Shown here: piece by piece, positions 61,801-64,000 of the stretch
Numbering within the stretch: position 1 is the stretch's first letter
Layout: each line of letters starts with the position of its first letter
NCBI GenBank assembly: GCA_964394425.1
Contig: CAYMXP010000004.1
Span: 15,874-79,873 of the forward strand
Origin: an uncultured Chryseobacterium sp.
GTDB lineage: Bacteria > Bacteroidota > Bacteroidia > Flavobacteriales_F > PHOS-HE28
DNA: 64,000 bases
Reading direction: 5' to 3'
Position numbers and translations under genes: made by a program
Notes under the pieces: model-generated
Database searches by the model: none
Seen by the model: the letters and a program-made list of their open reading frames with translations, nothing else
What the model was told of the DNA's origin: nothing

Positions 61801-62510
61801 TGAAGTGCGACTTCGCGTTCGACATGATCGGGACGCTGTTCTTCGGGGAAGAGGGAATCGATCAGTGCAGTGAAGTCCTCTAGGATCCATTTGCCTACCT
61901 CCTTGGGATCTGCATAAGGTTCGCGCAGTTGGCAGAGTCCTTCATCACGCGCCCGTCGGATCTTGTTCTTGAGTTGCTCTAGTTTCTCCGCTTGTTCCTC
62001 ATTCTCCGTTGCAAACTTCTGCCGTTCTTCTTCTGGCAAGGTCGCTGAGTAATTCGCATCACGGATGTAGAAGAAGGCGTGCGGTCGCATCTCTTCCATT
62101 CGCAGAACCCCATGGATAATTTCTAGTTCGGTCACAGAGCACCCCCCAACCACATGTTCCTGTAACCAGGGCTCGGTCTCGATCAGTTCCTGTGGGAGTT
62201 CATCAGGGATCCAGCCATAGCGCTCGCCAAGCAGGCCAATGAAATATGGCCGGCATCGATGGATCTCCTCGAGACAAATGGGCAGAACTTTCCCATCGGC
62301 TTTTTGCTCATCGGTCACACCCCATCGCAGATCCACTTCACCCCACGTCACACCGCGCGATTCACAGAGCTTGCGAAGCTGAGGGAATACCGAGAGCACA
62401 AGCTCGTCGCGCTCCCCTTGCATGTCTTTGAACGTCGAGGAGATGAAAACCCGAACGACCCGACGGACATTTCCTTTTGGAGGACTTAGGACAAGATCCA
62501 GTGTGCTCAT
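58854..62510 (-). CDS. NLR-like STAND NTPase: DUF4062-like N-terminal domain + NACHT-type P-loop NTPase + C-terminal TPR array
   Basis: N-terminus VRVFISSTFKDMQGERDELV...VDLRWGV...FIGLLGERYGWIP (DUF4062 pattern). Walker A ITGASGSGKS at nt 61641-61664. Walker B RILIVLDGCDKLD. The C-terminal ~500 aa are helical TPR-like repeats. No signal peptide or TM segment. Confidence 0.9.
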   Translation of the reverse strand: MSTLDLVLSPPKGNVRRVVRVFISSTFKDMQGERDELVLSVFPQLRKLCESRGVTWGEVDLRWGVTDEQKADGKVLPICLEEIHRCRPYFIGLLGERYGWIPDELPQELIETEPWLQEHVVGGCSVTELEIIHGVLRMEEMRPHAFFYIRDANYSATLPEEERQKFATENEEQAEKLEQLKNKIRRARDEGLCQLREPYADPKEVGKWILEDFTALIDSLFPEEQRPDHVEREVALHEAAAWELAEIEVGNGARQGAYVGREEYGERLDAHMTGNDLPLVITGASGSGKSALLANWFLRYKQVHQDLIAVFHVVGASSTSSNASALLARLIDQLGSSFGGGYFGGDIEDRSAILRVFLGMAVTRAANGRILIVLDGCDKLDNPDDHDLRWLPQTFPDGVRVIVATGPGRVHAALVRRGWPVLSIAPLDATERSEVTRRYLSGFRKELEPVRVERIVACAATANPLYLRTVLDQIRILGQPELLDVSLSNYLRANSMSELFQLMLSRFERDYERDRPGLVMDSMSFLGTARRGLSELELLDVLGTGSRRLPAALWAPIRCALGRVLIDHSGVLCFAHAAFFEAVRARYMSKPEEQIGVHTSLADYFEIHIGKARSIEELPWHLEGSAQWSRLKELLSSPVYFGGLGLSDEASLRRMWVEIQQHTGMSPQDACHQLLQRPSTLDLPVLGAIGSLSWYLGDMEAARIATDELIRRLEGKEDFPGNAHLFKQLADIHIRLGHRGTALDLIQRARKISERHGDQEGTASSLLSEVAYWMADRNHEKALDCAQHAAKISRSTGNRRHLRAALTNCAGILTQLGRVEDANRVHIEEEGIAREMEDWEGVAKCLNNQGSLQVRHGDPQTALNYFTEAGQVATKYDLVRSRIIAVAGMAHAYSRLKEWVRAYESSQLALKQSAEFGEADLIAHCITVQAALLPRFEEHERLEILDEVRRIGLADAMRAALEGQVKMRRGRQSPQELNASTSALQSLGRREEVPAAIEARRALARGRDLLGQNCLNEACNEFEKAESLATQAGAQAEALAASSDLAGALKRMGRMEEALMKLRDVRTIASRLHDDEAEQLVLSNEATLLWEMSMQSPDRHRLEEAWRLATRARQICELHQWKDRLAFVLGTSGLIARFLERWDDARGCFEEQVTTARESEDVDQLGRALLNSIVFNIESSEFGKIGVLAKEAATIIDQVHDPETRARLSSLLSQLRGA

Positions 62511-62669
62511 AACAATGCAGGCGGCGGCCGCAACAGGGATCTGTCGATCACCAGCAAAGCAATGTAGGTTTCGTTTCAGTACCTCAATACCAGCGTCATT
62601 CTACCTCGCTGGCTATCAGACTCCAAGCATGCACGCGTCGGTTATTCATGTAAGAACTGATATGGCATA

Positions 62670-63254
62670 TCAACACCTCACCACCCCCCACCCCACATTC
62701 GCCAGCATCTCCGGTATCTTCCTCACCGGATCACGGTCCATGTCCTTGTCCTGCTCGCTCAGTTGGTCGTAGGGCACGAGTTTGTCGTGGATCTTCAGCG
62801 CGTTGTTGCGCTCCGGGCCGTAGGTCCAGCCGCTGGCCATCTTCTCCTGCATCCAGCGGTCGTGCTCCATACGGGCAAGGCGTTCCACCTGATCAGGAGC
62901 GAAGGAGACCAGGGGTGCGTTCGCAGCGGCACGTTCGCAACGGTAGCCCAGGACCTTCAGCTTGCGCACGATGTCCATGGCCTGCATCCGGTTGCTGGCA
63001 CGATAATGCTCCGACAGCTCATCCCAAGGCACATCCGCTTCCTTGCCGGCGGCAGTTCCACGCTTGCTTCTCCAATCCTCGTGAATGGCTTGCGCAATTG
63101 GCTCGATCGCATCGAGCAGATGATCGCCGGCGCTCATGAGTTCCCGGAATCGCATGGGGTCCACGAAGTTGTCGAGCTCGCTTTCGGGGGGGAGGGATGC
63201 GCGCGTGTATCGACCATCGGATGAAGGTATCAATGCTGAGACAAGGCCGCACAT
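62670..63254 (-). CDS. RyR-domain protein (two RyR repeats)
   Basis: The second repeat LARMEHDRWMQEKMASGWTYGPERNNALKIHDKLVPYDQLSEQDKDMDRDPVRKIPEMLANVGWGV closely follows the ryanodine-receptor RyR repeat consensus. The first repeat is degenerate (IAQAIHEDW...VPWDELSEHYRASNRMQAMDIVRKLKVLGY). Start is uncertain (ATGs at 63254, 63155, 63137). Confidence 0.8.
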   Translation of the reverse strand: MCGLVSALIPSSDGRYTRASLPPESELDNFVDPMRFRELMSAGDHLLDAIEPIAQAIHEDWRSKRGTAAGKEADVPWDELSEHYRASNRMQAMDIVRKLKVLGYRCERAAANAPLVSFAPDQVERLARMEHDRWMQEKMASGWTYGPERNNALKIHDKLVPYDQLSEQDKDMDRDPVRKIPEMLANVGWGVVRC

Positions 63255-63430
63255 GGCGCTGGTGCCATTTCTTGCCCCCGCCGCAGGATCTCCGCCTCGG
63301 GACCCTGTTGACGATGTATAGGTGCGTATGCATCGACGGCAAAGATGGGATCGCTCCGCGAACGCTGTTCGACCTGGCAAACCCGCCCACGCACGTCACA
63401 CGGCTACCTTTGGGTTCCTTTTCAGAACCC

Positions 63431-64000
63431 GTGACAGCAAGGATCCTCCTCCTGTTCATCGCGCTGGGTGCCGGTCTCATGCTGCATGCCCAGCCCCCGG
63501 CCGAGAACCGCACCGATGCACAAGGCCGCAAGCAGGGCGCCTGGAGCAAGACCTGGCCCAACGGCGAGGTGCGCTACACCGGCCAGTTCATCGACGACAA
63601 GCCCGTGGGCACGTTCATTCATTACAACGAGGATGGCGTGATCACCAGCCAGCAGGACCATGCGGGCGATGGCGTGACAAGTCGCGCCGTTCACTTCCAC
63701 CCCGATGGCGAGGTGATGGCGCGCGGGAAATACACCGGCCAGGTGAAGGACAGCATATGGAACTACTACGACGATCTGGGCAGGTTGCAGAGCGTGGAGC
63801 GGTTCGTGAACGGCGAGCTCCAGGGCGAACGCGTGGTGTACTACGCCGATGGCGGCATCGCCGAGACGTCCGTTTACGACCACGGCCACCTGCACGGCCC
63901 CTGGCGCCAGTATTTCCAGGGGGGCAAGCCCAAGGCACAAGGTGGATATGTGCATGGGATCGCCGATGGCCGCATGACCTGGTACCATCCGAACGGCAAG
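63431..64000 (+). CDS. secreted MORN-variant repeat (YwqK-like) protein, 5' part (runs off the window)
   Basis: GTG start followed by signal peptide (M)TARILLLFIALGAGLMLHAQ, then repeats G.W..[WY]..NG......G.[FY] (GAWSKTWPNGEVRYTGQF, GTFIHYNEDG, GPWRQYFQGG, GRMTWYHPNG). Absent from the ORF track because there is no stop codon in the window. Confidence 0.8.
   Translation, partial: MTARILLLFIALGAGLMLHAQPPAENRTDAQGRKQGAWSKTWPNGEVRYTGQFIDDKPVGTFIHYNEDGVITSQQDHAGDGVTSRAVHFHPDGEVMARGKYTGQVKDSIWNYYDDLGRLQSVERFVNGELQGERVVYYADGGIAETSVYDHGHLHGPWRQYFQGGKPKAQGGYVHGIADGRMTWYHPNGK

Larger units (their letters stand above)
58545..63430. other. compositionally atypical lower-GC accessory islet
   Basis: Hand counts of 60-nt lines inside 58.7-62.6 kb give 45-57% GC. 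Flanking lines give 63-72%. The RyR gene is intermediate at about 55-62%. No integrase or transposase was found. Confidence 0.55.

Overview
High-GC (about 65-70% by hand counts of sample lines) chromosomal segment. It is probably from a Bacteroidota-type organism: a T9SS C-terminal sorting domain, CarboxypepD_reg-type TonB receptors, an ECF sigma/FecR pair, bshA, and TAnnTTTG-like -7 boxes upstream of several genes. All product calls come from motif recognition by eye, not searches. Most of the window is housekeeping: clpB, ribBA, tamB-like, tsaD, mutL, bshA, LptF/G, a LemA-TPM-TPM operon, three rhomboids, glycosyltransferase clusters, tRNA-Met(CAU) and tRNA-Leu(GAG). Many long ORFs in the track are antisense or shadow frames typical of high-GC DNA and are not annotated. 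The main finding is a lower-GC islet (about 45-57% GC, roughly 58545-63430). It carries a 1218-aa single-gene NLR-like STAND protein (DUF4062-like N-terminal domain, P-loop NTPase, long TPR array). Just downstream lies a truncated second DUF4062-type gene start, and upstream a two-repeat RyR-domain protein. No integrase or transposase is visible, so I treat this as a candidate conflict/immunity locus of unknown mechanism. Secondary findings: (1) a tightly coupled four-gene operon (DUF900-type hydrolase, M19-dipeptidase-like protein, two paralogous small proteins) next to tRNA-Leu, whose 3' end plus terminator is duplicated about 180 bp downstream; (2) an 18-21 copy heptanucleotide array (TAGGCAG/TTGGCAG) between a rhomboid stop codon and the start of a membrane EEP-family gene; (3) a family of GC-rich intergenic repeats bracketing a GxxExxY gene inside a glycosylation cluster; (4) an STN-domain outer-membrane repeat protein in the ECF/FecR/TonB locus.
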